Origin: Mizuhopecten yessoensis
Lineage: Eukaryota
NCBI RefSeq assembly: GCF_002113885.1
Contig: NW_018405739.1
Span: 576,977-640,976 of the forward strand
Length of the DNA: 64,000 bases
Direction of reading: 5' to 3'
The translations under genes were made by a program, and so were the position numbers. Numbering within the stretch: the first letter of the stretch is position 1; every line of letters begins with the position of its first letter. The notes under the pieces were generated by a model. It made no database searches and had not been told where the DNA came from. It saw only the letters and a program-made list of their open reading frames with translations. Below, piece by piece: positions 26,894 to 40,935 of this stretch.

Positions 26894-29800
26894 TCAGAAC
26901 TGAAACCCATCCAAGGCGACATTTTCTGAGGGGTTGAATTGGAACTGCTGTGAATTCTCATCAATTTGAGGTGCTACTGTTTTGTCTTCCTCTTCCGTGC
27001 CAAAATATTTTTCTATCATGTCAAATGCCTTTTGATATATTTCTCTGTTTTGATGGCTTTGAAGAAACTCTATTTTGTCTAAACCTGAAAAAGAAGATAT
27101 TTTAAAATCAAAACAAAAGTAAAGCTGTATGCCTTTTTACTATCATAATGGAATTTTGATGTGAAATAGAAAGATGAATATAAAGCGCACACACACACAC
27201 ACAGGTGATTGCAATTTTAAAATTTGGTTAGCCAGGAATGAATTACACTGCATCACCTTCCTGGACACAAAGGTGATGCTAGGGACCAATGAGTTGTAAA
27301 CACAGTGTGTTGTGTAAATTTGACATGTTTCACTACAAATATCTGTTTCTACAATATAGAGGTACTAGTACGTTACAGTTATTTGACAGCTATCCTGTTC
27401 AGTACTACAGGACCATGACACTGTTTAGAATTATAGGATAATATGACCCTACCACTCGAAATTATCTTTGTCCATGGCCCACTGTACAATTTCCTCCTTC
27501 TAAGCTGCTGATCACCACCCATACATTATAAGTGCCTCCCTGCCCCACTACCAATATATTTTTTCTAGAACAGCCCTTTAGTGAAAAGGTATATTGTTAA
27601 GAGTGTGGTTCTGCGAAATACTTCATGAAAAATACTCATATTTTAGAATGAAAGAACGTTTAATTATATATCAACAGTTGTATTGTATTACCATAGCATT
27701 CTTCAATCATGACAGCATATGGGTTTGTGCCATTGTGTAGTTTTGCGTCCTGCTCTCCCAGCTTCAGGATATTTTCCAGACCATTCAAGGCCACCTGTAC
27801 AATCTTTGCATCCATCACAGTCAAAAGATCACAAAGTGGGGATATGCAGCCTTGATCCACCAGAAATCTGTGTATAGAGTATTCAATTTTGATAAAATAT
27901 GCAAGAAATGTTTAAAAATACAGTAGGAACAGATAATATAAGATTCTGATACTGTACCTTAAAAAATCTCGACAGACAACAGCTGACAGACAATCTACCA
28001 AATCGTCTATCTGTCTGTCGCATAGAAATTATTTGAAGTCCAGCTGCAGTTCCAGAACACCAATACAATTTTCAGCCAAATCAAGAGTTAGGTTTGGAAT
28101 ATGTTACCAGGTAACTCAAGATTTAACCTGTAACTCACAAAACTCTATATTCATGCTGCACCACTGATATGTTAGTTCGTAATTTTTGGCAGTGGTACGA
28201 GGATCTTCAAGTAGACAGCTGGTAACTTCTACAGCAGTTCTACAAACAGTAATCCACTGTTACTACTATACTCTAAATTCCACGAAAACTTTCCTCAGGA
28301 GATTACACTAATGCAAATATTCTTCCAGCAAAAATAAACAATGACTACCAAATTTCAATTACCTGATCTGTTCGGGTGAGCCCCCAGATGTTGCATTTGT
28401 TATCGCCCATGCTGCTTCCTTCCTTGTTTTGAAATCTGCTTTTCCTAATATATCTATCAGTACTGGGAATATATTTGAATCTATAACACACTGAAATAAG
28501 AAGAACAAAAACTACGTCAGTATGAAATGGAAGACAAGCAATTGGCCCATGAGGTATTGTTTACCTTTGAGGTATTTCATGATTATTAAGTTGATAGCTC
28601 TTTTCCCTACAGGCTTGACATGATACATCATTGTTCTTAAATCATCTGAACTTTGAAATTAATTTGATATTATTTTAATGACTCATACAGAAGAAAAAAA
28701 GGATAAGGACATTCATTTAACATAATCTGATATTCCTTCACGTCAGTAAGATACTGGCCAAATATAATGACTCTAATGCAAAACCTTTTACTAAAAGGAA
28801 ACATAACAGAAATATATCTATTGTCAATGCCATAGGAGTAATGCTTTTCAGAAATCCATTAGTAATTCATTTTCTTTCAAGTTTACAACTCAAAAGTTAT
28901 GTGTTGCAAAAGATTTTAAACCAAAATATTTATTGTCTAATTTATAACAACGATTTTAATTGAGCCTGCTTTAAATTTTACTTTTTAACCAAAACTAATG
29001 TTATTCTGACTTAACCTTGTTCATCATAATGACTTCATGTAAATTTTTGTCTGCAACTTTTCTGTGAGTTACAACTGCAAATGAGCATTTAGTGCCTGAA
29101 TTCACAGCAGTGAATAGTCTGAGAACTTAAATAGATCACAGAATGGTGATTGTGTTATGTCGTTGCTGACCTGTATTTGTACTCTGTTTCCTGCTGTGAT
29201 ATTTGATATTGTCCAACAGGCCTCTTTGCGTATTGATTCTTTGGAACTACTGAGAAGATGTAAAAGACATGGCAGCGCTGAACAGCTCAAGATCACCTGC
29301 ATAAACAAAGATTATGAACCAATCAATATCATGAAAGACAACATTTTATTTACATAAAAATGACAATAGACTTCTAGAATAGGATATTAGGAACAACACA
29401 GAGCTTTCCAATACAAGTCATCATTTCGTCCACAAGTACCTAACTTTCTTCCCAGTAACCAGTAATAAATACTTTATAATGAACTGAAACTTCATAACAT
29501 CTATCAATAAATCTTGTATGATTTCACAATGTTTTGTTTGCTATAGCACTTACTTCTTAAATTAGCTGTACAAATATATTTAATACTGTCTATTTCATTT
29601 GTTTTGTTGACTTTATGGTATAAATAAGAGTTTCACAATTCAAACCTCATTTTATTGCTCATGCTAAGACAACTGCTCTATTTTTGAGGACATTCTTGGT
29701 AATTTCATGCATAACAGAAATATTTCATGAGTAGGATGATCGTATTTTTCATAAGTGTCTATCTGGAAATTTGCCTGAAACAACATGGCTGATGTAATGA

Positions 29801-32800
29801 AAAATGAGACATGTGTTTGTCAAAACGATCATCAATGATTGCCAAACATTTAGTCCCTTTAACAAATGGAACAGACAGTAGCTAAGCGACATGGTTTTAT
29901 AAGAAAATTATTCAAATATATTTTTTCCCAAAAACATTATACAGATGGTAAAAAGACATACCTGTGTTTGATAGTCATCCCCTGTCACTATGTTTCCTAC
30001 CACACGTAGGGCAGCAGACACCACACTCTGGTGGTTGTGCCTGACAACATGAAATACAGTTATCATTAATGAAAATGTATGCAGTCATAGAATTTATAAT
30101 TTACACACCATGGACAGTAGGTCTATGAAAATGATTTAGTCATTTACTTCAGTTTTGATAGACCAGGCTTTGACTATAAAGATTTTTTTACTCACATATT
30201 TAGTGTTTGATACCATGAAATTGCGTAAATAACAATTTAATAGAACAATTTTTTGCTCCCAACTATATTTATCATTGAATCATACATATCACAGGAAATC
30301 ACTTTATCGACGATCTCTTTCTGCCACCACATTGTCACGTCATTATCTGATAAACAGTGAAATGACTGATCAACGATACTATTTTAGATGAATGTTACAT
30401 TTTCACAGAAAACATTGTGAAAATATAAAACACAGATTTTTATATCGCTGAAAGACAAATATTTGGGAAATCAACTGACGCTTAAAGGTGCCTTACATGA
30501 GCAGTTCTACCAGTCTCCGACATACACCAGAATCTATCACAGCTTGTATTTTCTCATTTGGGCCATCAGACAAGTAGGAGAGTGCCCAACAGGCATCTGA
30601 AAGGACGTCTTTGTCTGTGTGGAAGAGGAGCTTGGCTAATACTGGCAGGGATGGCAACACCTAGGAAGAAAAACAGATACTCATACCTATATTAGTCTGT
30701 ATGAAACAACAGCAAACAAGAGTTCCAACTGATGAAATATTTAATAAACAAAGAACATAACAATATTTAAATCTGCAGAACTTAACCTGATCCATAATTT
30801 TGAAATCTCAACTAAGTGGTGTAGACACAACCCGGGAGCCACAGGTTCCCTTGAGAATGGGGGCGGAATCTGAGATACCAAAATGATATGGCTCTGCTGC
30901 TATCTTCAATGTTTGATTGTTTTGGTTTTGTATTGTTAAACGTCTTGTCAACAGCTATGGTCATCCAAGGCCTTCCCTGTGTGCAAGATGCATGCGTGTA
31001 GTGTATGCGTGTGTATTTTGGGAGGCTGCAATATATGTTTGTGTCTTTCCTTGTGATAGCGCGGAACTGATTCAAACGTAATAGTGCTACCTCACTGAAA
31101 CATAATGCCGAAGACACCCAGCAGAACACCTCACCCGGTCACATTATACTGACAACGGGCGAACCAGATGTCCCACTCCTAAATTGCTGAGCGTTAAGCA
31201 GGAGTAGAAACTACCATTTTTACAGACTTTGGTATGCCTCGGCCAGGGGACAATACCCAAAGCCTTCCTCACAGGGGCGAACGCTCAACTAAAGGCCAAA
31301 AGTGAGGCATTGTCAATGGAGACATTAGGAAGAAGAAAGTAGTTTATAAAGAAGGGAAAATAACCCAAATTTGGTTGTCTCTTACGATCATGCAATGAGG
31401 GCAGCAGGTTCAATTCTTATGCACTACCTACAGGGAAAAACAAGGGTGAGGGTGACTTAAACTGGGGAGGATGGTGAATGTGTCATGGTGGATGTGTCAG
31501 CACATCTTTTTGCTAGTTGTGAAATGATGCAGTCATTGTATCTAATGCTGGATTATTTTTTCTTTTACAAATCATGTGTTACTGTAACCAAATGTTTAGA
31601 AATGATGCTGTTTGATGAAGCATGGTCTGTTGATGAATGCATAGCTAGGTAGAACCCGAAACAGCAGAAGTAATTGTGCATTAGCCAAAACACACACCGT
31701 AAATGTAGAAATAATTGGGAAAACCACATTGGTAACAAATTGTGTTTGGTACTTTAGTCTGAAGCACATTTACATGCAATTTCATATTAGCCATGTCTAA
31801 TACTCAAACTTCAATTACAAGTGTTGTCATAGAGTGCAAGATGTGAATGAAGAAAAGATCTTCTAAAGCTTCACTAAGTTTAGATTTTGATGAATATAGC
31901 AGATCTTCAAATTGATGATGCTTTTTATATAAACAATTTCTATGTTGTTGGGAGATTTAGATAAACAAGAATTGAATTTAAGTTAATTTTCAGGCCAGAA
32001 AAAGTTAAACATATTGCTTTCAATATCAAAATAAATTGCAATCCTGCTTCGATCAATGATGATTTTTTGATCTTGTTTACATTTAATTAGATAGATACCT
32101 TGCACATTCTTTAGTAAGTTTTACCTGCATTATATTAATATCAAAATTAATTTGTTTGTGATGTCGAACAATTCCACTAAAGTTTGTGCTTAAATTGAAA
32201 TATTTAAAAACTTCATTCTAACACAGAATCCATATTAAAGTACAAATGGCTATAAGTAGCCATGTAAAAAGGGAGGTAACTTGTACAAATTATCTTTCAT
32301 ATAATGATTCTAAAAGAGCACATCTTTAATACTGCAGCCTTTAATTCTTCTTTAGAATCTATAACATGTGTCTGAAGATATTTGATCTTCAAAATTGTGA
32401 ATTCGACAACAAAGTCTTACCTTGCTAAAATCAGGAGGTGGGTTTTTCCCTCTGCATAAATTGGACAAACACCACACTGCATTTCTTGTCATTGATAAAC
32501 TTGTTTTCTTGCTTAATAACCTGAAGAACAAGACAGTAAAAGTTTCATAAAAAGAACTTTTTAAGGTGCGTCCTAAAACGGTGCAATTTTTATTTTTTAA
32601 CTTCATTCTCTGATAATGAAATTCATTATATTTGTATATTTCTAAATACACATGTAAGCATTTAGGTTTCCCAGCTTAGTAAGTCCTAGTGAGACAAACA
32701 TCTTTTATAAATAGTAGATGATGACTGTGACGTTGGCCTAAAACACAATCTTGTTTTAGGTTTTCTCATACTTGACTATCAGAATATAATTAACAATGAC

Positions 32801-35800
32801 CTTGAACTTAGTACCAGGAAACAAACACTCTTTGATGCATTTTCATACTTGACTATTGTATAAATTTATTCAAAATCTATTCAGAAATGGCATCACAACA
32901 TCAATGACAGCAAGGTATGCAGATATTAGCTAATAGACAAAAACTTTGGTATAAAAATTAACAAAGGACTTTATCTCTTTATATAGTGGGGCACGAGACC
33001 CGAATTTAGAATGCGACACTCCTACCTCCCAAGATACATTAAAACTATAGCAAGTTTGGTCAACATAGAAGAAATAACATGGAAGTTATATTGTGGACAA
33101 ACTTCAGTATTAAAAATAAACAAAGGACTATAACTCTGTATATAATGGGGAACAAAACCTGATTTTCGTGCGAGAGATATCGCCTTCCCAAGATACATGA
33201 ATAAGGTAAGTTTGGTCAACGTAGGTGAAATAACATGGAGCTTATGCTTCGGACTAACTAAGGTATTAAATTTTATTTAATGGCAGTTGTACTTAACTAC
33301 ACATTAAATAAAATCTGAAAAAATAATCCAGTATATCCCTTTATCAACTTTGGTTACAGAATGATTCCTCACAAAAATCTAGTTCCAGCAACTTACTGTA
33401 ATAGTGGGACAAGTATTCCCTCCCCCAACACATAATCTCGACATTCTGGACTGTCACCAGCAATATTTCCAAGAGCCCACACAGCCTGCAAACATAAAAA
33501 CAGTGTTTATGTTAGTTAACATTACCCATGTTAAAATTTGTCTCAATAACCTTCCCATTTACCTTTTAACTACAAGGAAGTAAATAATCTGACCCAAATG
33601 AGAAATGATACCCAAACTAACTTAAGTAACTTCCCTTTGAACAAAAAGCTTTGTTGTTCAGCTAAATAGCTTTCTTTATGATGTCATAAACATAAATTAT
33701 ATGCCTTTTGTGACCATTTTTACTTCAAATATTTTAAAGAAATTTGATATCTGTTCTTAAAATACTGGTACATTCATTTATACTGTTTTATTTGGAATAA
33801 AGAAAATATATATATATATTCACTGAATGTAAAGACTACATTTTTGCAAATGGTTCCAAAATAGAAATTAGATCAGACATTAACTGTAATTCTAAGAATG
33901 TTATTTACTCTTTTATATGTAAACAATGTGGTGAATTTTATATCGGACAGACCGTATGTGAATTGAGAATACGAATGAATGTACATAGACAACAAATGAA
34001 GGACAATGAACTAAGATTTTTAAAAGTTAGCAAACATATGCATCAATGTTCTAAAGATGATTTTCATGTGTTACCTATTTACAGACTGAATAGCGACGAT
34101 GTAGTTGCAAGAGAAATTAAAGAAAATATGTTTATAAAAGTCCTCAAACCCAGCTTGAATGCACAATGATTTTTGCAATGTATTGTATGTAGATGTTTTC
34201 TTTGTCTTGGTATTGTTTGTGACGTCACTATGCTTGTTTATTTATGACGTCACTAAAATTGTTGACTATACAAATATTGATGACGTCATGTAACCAACGG
34301 TGATAAATAAACCTCAATCCGCCTGAAGAAGCCCTAGAAGGCAGAAAGGCCTAGCGGACGATCTGAAAAAAATATGTTTTTATTCTATATTTTCCTTCGC
34401 AAGGACTTATTTATTTATTATCTACTATATATATATATATATACTTCTCATCTATATTACTAGGGACTGTAAAACACCATATAAATTCAATCCTGACTGA
34501 ATGACCAATTATATTCAACAAGATGCATTATAACTGACTTGTATTTGCAACTCCATGTCAAACATGAAGAAACTAATACTGTTTTTTAGTTCCTTGCCTC
34601 GATTGACACCTGACATTCAATCTTTGTTGAACATGTTCACAAGAGCTAGAAAGCTAAATTTGGTATGACCAATTTTGAAGTCACCTAACCTTGGCTGCAC
34701 CACATGACCTTTTCTTATCAAGAATTAAAATACTAGATCTTACCTGTTCTTGCACATCCTCTATTTCTGAGGCTAGGAGTCTGATAAATATAGGAACTGC
34801 TCCAGCCTCAATTACGATTCGTGTCTGTATGGAGGTACCAGAGGCAATATTTGTTAATGCCCAGGCAGCCTCAAACTGAAAAAATAAAAAAATAAAATGC
34901 TTTGTTACAGGTAGTTTGAGATATGAAGAAGGAAATTAAAACTTGAACCATTTCGCATAATTTATGTCTTCAGATACAACTAAGCATGTCAAGATTCAAA
35001 ACACACTGAGCAGCATATCACCTACGAATCCAAGCATATACATATTTTGGGCTGAAGTAGGTCCAGCCAAAAAATTAAATGGTTTTGTTGCAGGTAATTC
35101 GAGATATTAAGAAGGAAAATTAAAACTAGAAACCATTTTGCATAATTTATCTCCAGATAGAACTATGCAATCTTTGTCATGTCCAGAATCAAAACACACT
35201 GAGCAATATACCACATAAAATTTATAAATTGGCCGTTCATGCTATAATGACACTCCATGAAAGAAAAATGCCTGTTTGTAATTGATGAACTGTGATCACT
35301 TACCATTGTAGTTTCCATCAAGTATCTCTAAGCAACATTTAAAACAAGTTCTTTTTTCAGGCAGATGTATGTAGAGTAAAATAGAACAGGTCCACATCAG
35401 TTTATCGAGATCCAAACGGTTGAACCAGTTTAACCAGAGATGTACGTTTATGAAATAAGGTCGAACCTAATTCTCTGATGCTGCTTTGCTTGCATAAACA
35501 TTTGCAGGTCCGCCAGGATTTATACCCAGAAATGTTTCATTTAAATAGACAAACCAGTTGAACCAGATTCACAAAAGGGGCCTAGGTTTGCCTATGTAGT
35601 TACACTGCTCTAGATGCTTGGAATACTCATACAAAGCTCTGAATCAAGTTTTGTGAATAGGTTTGCATTAAACAAGAAGTAATTTCCTAAACAGTCAGTC
35701 AAACTGTGGTTAGAAAAGAATTACTAATAATTAAGAGTAAAACAATCTCAATATACAAGCTACATTTAGTATCACTTACTTGGAGAGTGCAATTTCCATC

Positions 35801-38800
35801 TTTCTGTAAGAATTCTACAAACTTTGGCACAATCCCAGTCTGTATAACTTCATCTATTGGAGGGTTTGGTTCTGAAACAAAATGGATCTTTACATTCCCT
35901 AGAAGAGATTAAAATCTATATCTTTAACTCTTTTTGTTATTTTTCAATGCTCATGATTTTTGACTAGCTAATTATTATGCAATGTTTAAATAATCACACT
36001 TTTAACATTATTAGTGACAAAAATCATATTAAACAGTCAAGATGAGGTTTTAATAACATCATATTTCAGTGCTACATGTACACTCACTAGACGATGTATT
36101 TATTTTTCCCTTAATATCATAAAAATATATGTCCAAAAGTCATCACATTATTGGATGAAATTTGCTTTCTTAAATCCAGATTAATACTTCTGCAAGTTAC
36201 AAAACATTTTCATGACAAATCATAGCATAGGATACAAGAATGAAAACCTTAACACCTCAATAGATGGCTAATGGTAATTCAAGGTCAAGATTTAACATTT
36301 TTCTTCCCCATGTAGAAGTATAATAGCTTCAACTATTATCAAAATTACTTTAAGAAGTCAGTAGCTTCTAATATCTACAAAACTTTAAAAGTCAATCATC
36401 AAATGGCAAAGACATATATGGCTATAAGCATATCCAACGACCAAGCTAGATTGAATTTGGAGCATATTTAGAAGTTATATCAATTGCACAGAAATATTAA
36501 CATAATTCAAGCTCTCCGATACATTTAATTTGGCTAAAAGCCTCATATCATGTCAATTTAAATCAATTTTCTATTGTGAACAATGAGGTCATGCCAAACA
36601 AGACTCATTACTGCAGGCATATAATAACTAACTCCTTGACATTTTAAACATATAACTAACTCCTGACATTTAAAACATATAACAAACTCCCGTCATCGCA
36701 GGCATTTAACTAACTCCTGACATTTAAAACATATAACAAACTCCCGTCATCGCAGGCATATAACTAACTCCTGACATTTAAAACATATAACAAACTCCCC
36801 TCACCGCAGGCATATAACATATAACAAACTCCCGTCATCGCAGGCATATAACTAACTCCTGACATTTAAAACATATAACAAACTCCCGTCATCGCAGGCA
36901 TTTAACTAACTCCTGACATTTAAAACATATAACAAACTCCCGTCATCGCAGGCATATAACTAACTCCTGACATTTAAAACATATAACAAACTCCCCTCAC
37001 CGCAGGCATATAACATATAACAAACTCCCGTCATCGCAGGCATATAACTAACTCCTGACATTTAAAACATATAACAAACTCCCATCATCGCAGGCATATA
37101 ACTAACTCCTTGACATTTTAAACATATAACTTACTCCTGACATTTAAAACATATAACAAACTCCCCTCACCGCAGGCATATAACATATAACAAACTCCCG
37201 TCATCGCAGGCATATAACTAACTCCTTGACATTTTAAACATATAACTAACTCCTGACATTTAAAACATAACAAACTCCCGTCATCGCAGGCATATAACAT
37301 ATAACAAACTCCCGTCATCGCAGGCATATAACTAACTCCTGACATTTAAAACATATAACAAACTCCCGTCATCGCAGGCATATAACTAACTCCTGACATT
37401 TAAAACATATAACAAACTCCTGTCATCACAGGCATATAACATATATAACAAACTTCCATCATTGCAGGCCTATAACTAACTCCTGACATTTAAAACATAT
37501 ATAGAGGATCTGTCATAAGTTTCCCTTCATATTAGATTTATGATACTCGTTTTGTATTTTTTTTATGTTTGCGAGCCTTTGGCAAGCAAATATGAACAAG
37601 AGGCCCATGGGCCTTAACGGTCACCTGATATATTTATACAGAGAGTTGATTTTCTTTTTAACATGAACAGAAATATTATTCAAAGTGACAAAAAACAATA
37701 AAACCACCTTATTCAATATGTAGCATACAGATTTAAGACTAAAAAGTATTTGAAACGAGCACCTCTGATTCTAAACAAGGAAAATGAAGAAATTTTAGCA
37801 CACTGACTCCTTTGGGTCCCACCCTACAGCCCTTGGGGGTAGGGCTGGCTCAAAATGTAATATTCAAAGTATCATTTGCCATTATAAACCATAATAACTT
37901 TTGCCGCCCCCCCCCTCCCCACCCTTCCTTCCCTAGGGTCTAAACATGAGACCCTAGGGTCATAAACCTTAAGACTAAGACCCTTCAATCTATGGAGAGT
38001 GTTTGATTCTACCATATCTTGGTCTTGAGAAGAAATTTTTTGAAATTTCAGTCAATTCAACCCTTTTTGGCCCCACCCATCAGCCCCTGGGGGTCAGTCA
38101 GGGCTGATATGTGCATACTATCAAACTGCTACCTAATACTGATAATGCTAACCTAAATTGAATTACTTCCAATGGAAATTAAACAAATGTTGGTCCAAAA
38201 TGTGATTTCCCTATATAAACTATAGTAAAGTTTACCCCCTCCCCAGGGGAAAACGTGAGACCCCAGGGTCAAGAAATTCACAATTTTGGTAAAGCACCTT
38301 AAGACCCTTCCATCTATGAAGAGTATTTGATTCTACCATATCTGGGTCTTGAGAAGAAGATTTTTGAAATTTTAGTCAATTTGACCCTTTTTGGCCCCGC
38401 CCCTCAGGCCCCTGGGGGCTTGGGACTTAACCAGCAACTAGTTTTGTTGACCTTTGTCCATGGAAGGTTCCTGCAAAATTTCATTTAAATTGGTTCATTG
38501 GTTTTGGAGAAGAAGTCGAAAATTTAAATTGTTTATTGACGCACGACGGACGACGATGGACAAAAGGCGATCGCAATAGGTCACTTGAGACTTTGTCTCA
38601 GGTGACCTAAAAGTCTCAGGTGACCTTAAAATCCAAAACGAGTATCGTAAATCTAATATGAAGGGGAATGAATGGCAGATTCTTTTTATCATATAATACA
38701 AAGTTAACTGTATAGTTGTGATCTGAAACGAATATTTTGCACTTGGCCCACTCTGAAATGATGAAAATTGTGTCTGCTTCACAATGATTGTTTCTATTCG

Positions 38801-40378
38801 ATTGTGATGTCATTTCCGAAGTGATATTACACACGTTACAGAAACATAATTTACGTGATGGCTTTAAGACATTGCATAACACAGTATTCATATGATAAAA
38901 CTAAATCCATCATTGCAGGAATATAATAAACTTAAGATAAAGCCCTTACCAATACAACCGATGTGTTTTCACTATTTTCCGCTGACATTCTTACAATTCC
39001 TCAACTTTATCAGGGTTCATCAAACTAATCATTAATGCAACTAAGTCAAGTGCGTAATTCATTTTACTGTGTTACCTCTTGAGAGGAGTTTTCTGAACTT
39101 CTGAGTTGCAACTTCTTGCTCTTGTAAATTGTCACTGTATAAAACCTGTACCATTTCTTGAGTTATTCCACCCTGAAAATTTGAACAGAATGTATGAAAA
39201 TATCAAATATGTTTTCATTTTATGATTATTCTGGTACTAAGATGATATCATGATCAGAGCAACTGATCATAATATGATTTTAACGAAAACTAAAATATCT
39301 TTTGTCCACATACAACATATTTTGTCCACATATACATCAGTGTACAATGGATTTTGTCCACATATACATCAGTGTACAATGGATTTTGTCCACATATACA
39401 TGCAACGTATTAGAACTGATCATGTTTGCTGGTACACCGACTGTATACATGTGCACACCAAAAATTGATGTATCAAACTGTGTAATGTAATCATTCACAA
39501 CAAAGTGATTACATCTTCACAACAGCTAAGGTGATGGTTTGCAAAAAAGATATGGCCATTACTGAAACCTCAATCTTTATATGAATCGTAGCCTATATTT
39601 TTCTAATCAAACACTTCCATACATATATACCAATGTATAGTAGTAATATTTCATCAAAATTCAATTTAAATATTGACAGTTTAAAATGCAATTGTAGAAT
39701 TTGAAGTTTTTAATTACTATATATATAACTATCCCATTTGCACTATTTAAAAATTCTACCAGATACTGTGCTATTAATTACCAACTGGTATTTACCGTAT
39801 ATGGAGTAGAAGATACAAAGTTGTCTTGGAACTCCCCAGCCACTTCATCAGGTGCACCAGTTGGCATGGCAACATTTCGACGTTTGAATAACTGCAGAAA
39901 AAGTACACTTGTAATTTAGATAATATATGTAGTATTATGTACGTGTATTGCTAATCTTTAGATATTCTTGACGTTTATCAAGATATTTATAGTTTTATAT
40001 AAAGCAAACAATTACTGGAAATTAATTGTACACTTTCAGGCATTATGAAAATCTAATTTTAGCAGGATGCTAAATAACTTGATATGACTTTTTTTTCCAC
40101 ACCCATTTCCAGAAAATTATTGAACAAGTGTCATCATATTTCCTAATTCATGACAAGCTCGATTAAATATTTCTTGATTCTGCTTCTGAAGACTACAAAA
40201 ACTTATTTGATTCTTTTGGATTTTGTTTGGATGTTTATCATACTTGTTGATCTCTCTTTTGTTTTCTGATTTGAATGCCTTCCTCCTCCCTCCGCCTACG
40301 CAACTCTTGCGAATCCAAAGCTTTGTTTTTGTAAGCCTTTAATCTATGGCTAGCAGGGCTAGATGAATCTGCAGACAT
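26894..40378 (-). CDS. KPNA6: Importin subunit alpha, alpha-1 subfamily (co-ortholog of vertebrate KPNA1/KPNA5/KPNA6), 534 aa from ATG 40378
   Basis: 13 coding exons: 40378-40244, 39891-39796, 39172-39076, 35871-35780, 34875-34744, 33485-33397, 32520-32421, 30660-30497, 30040-29962, 29296-29171, 28490-28363, 27867-27692, 27084-26894 (1605 nt, all GT-AG, frame continuous). IBB domain [44 protein letters not shown] motifs [52 protein letters not shown]-terminus [11 protein letters not shown]...GFQF*. Confidence 0.96.
30910..31415 (-). mobile_element. tRNA-derived SINE, V-domain (RUDI-like) type
   Basis: Minus strand has a degenerate tRNA-like head near 31295, the central TGGTTCGCCCGTTGTCAGTATAATGTGACCGGGTG V-like domain and a (CAAAA)-like tail near 30915-30935. 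Confidence 0.75.
32830..33290. repeat. Degenerate ~170-bp tandem units, probably the interior of a non-autonomous element
   Basis: AACAAAGGACT.TA.CTCT and CCAAGATACAT...AAGTTTGGTCAAC.TAG..GAAATAACATGGA each occur twice. Confidence 0.55.
33819..34425 (+). mobile_element. 5'-truncated Penelope-like element (GIY-YIG endonuclease plus terminal repeat region) flanked by (TA)n
   Basis: Open frame to 34169: [37 protein letters not shown]...SKHMHQC...[18 protein letters not shown], the GIY-YIG signature. (TA)n tracts at about 33806-33819 and 34426-34444. Confidence 0.9.
34318..34358 (+). ncRNA. Minimal type I hammerhead ribozyme motif
   Basis: TCCGC-CTGAAGA-A-GCC(CTAGAA)GGC-A-GAAA-GGCC-TA-GCGGA: 5-bp stem I, conserved core, 3-bp stem II, palindromic GGCC loop III, CUA cleavage triplet. 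Confidence 0.72.
34909..35215. repeat. Diverged tandem duplication, about 182-bp period
   Basis: CAGGTA.TT.GAGATAT.AAGAAGGAAA...CATAATTTAT...CAAAACACACTGAGCA occurs near 34909 and near 35091. Confidence 0.7.
35395..35585. mobile_element. Interspersed repeat (MITE-like); second copy inverted at 54100-54325
   Basis: CATAAACATTTGCAGGTCC, GTTTATGAAATAAGGTC and GATCCAAACGGTTG have reverse complements in 54100-54325. Confidence 0.7.
36613..37500. repeat. 54-bp minisatellite with variant subunits and higher-order structure
   Basis: GCAGGCATATAACTAACTCCTGACATTTAAAACATATAACAAACTCCCGTCATC repeated. The variant CCCCTCACCGCAGG recurs three times. Confidence 0.95.
37595..38630 (-). mobile_element. Full-length HINE-like non-autonomous Helentron (family A)
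   Basis: Terminal hairpin AGGCCCATGGGCCT plus GGTCACCTGA at one end. (GACG)n microsatellite, GGTCACTTGAGAC/GTCTCAGGTGACC inverted repeat and A-run at the other. Internal duplicated units; last ~19 bp duplicated. Confidence 0.8.
39298..39400. repeat. 32-bp tandem repeat, about 3 copies
   Basis: TTTTGTCCACATATACATCAGTGTACAATGGA. Confidence 0.85.
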
Positions 40379-40612
40379 CTGAAGAATTAAAATCAACACA
40401 TAGCCTTGAGAAAATTCATAAATATATTTATTGTCAAGGGTTAAATTTCCATGAATATATTTTTCTAGACATTAGTTTTAAACTTTCTAAAATATTGCCA
40501 TCCCAATAATTACTTTTGACATTTGCAGAAGAGAGAGTATACAAGGTCTACCCATATGGACAAAGAGAAAGGATGAAAAAAACATTATGTTATTCAAACT
40601 TGAACTTTGGGC

Positions 40613-40935
40613 AGTAAAAGTAGAAGCTGGGCTGGGGTTGTCTACTGTGACTGGGTAGCTCAGTTGCTTAAAATGACCGTTTTTTTGTTTTAACGACCCA
40701 GGTTCGAATCCTAGTCTGGCTGTTGCACTTTTCCTTTCCAGTTACATTTGGCACCCATCTATATCTGCAATAGTATAAGGTATATTTTCGGGTAAAAGAA
40801 TCTGTTGAAGGAGGAATGTACTGGAACTGGGCTGGTGTCGAGTGAAAATGCTGGTAGCTCAGTTGGTTAGAGTGCTTAACGTTCTTATCCCAGGCTCACA
40901 TCCTGGTCTGACAATTACACTTTTCCTTTACCCTT
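40613..40935 (+). mobile_element. TRIM-like mini LTR element with tRNA-like A/B boxes in both terminal repeats
   Basis: Repeat 1 ends GTTACA (40746), followed by PBS-like TTTGGCACCCA. Purine tract GAAGGAGGAA (40807-40816) precedes repeat 2, which starts TGTA. A boxes TAGCTCAGTTG at 40656 and 40855; B box GGTTCGAATCC at 40701. Confidence 0.65.
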
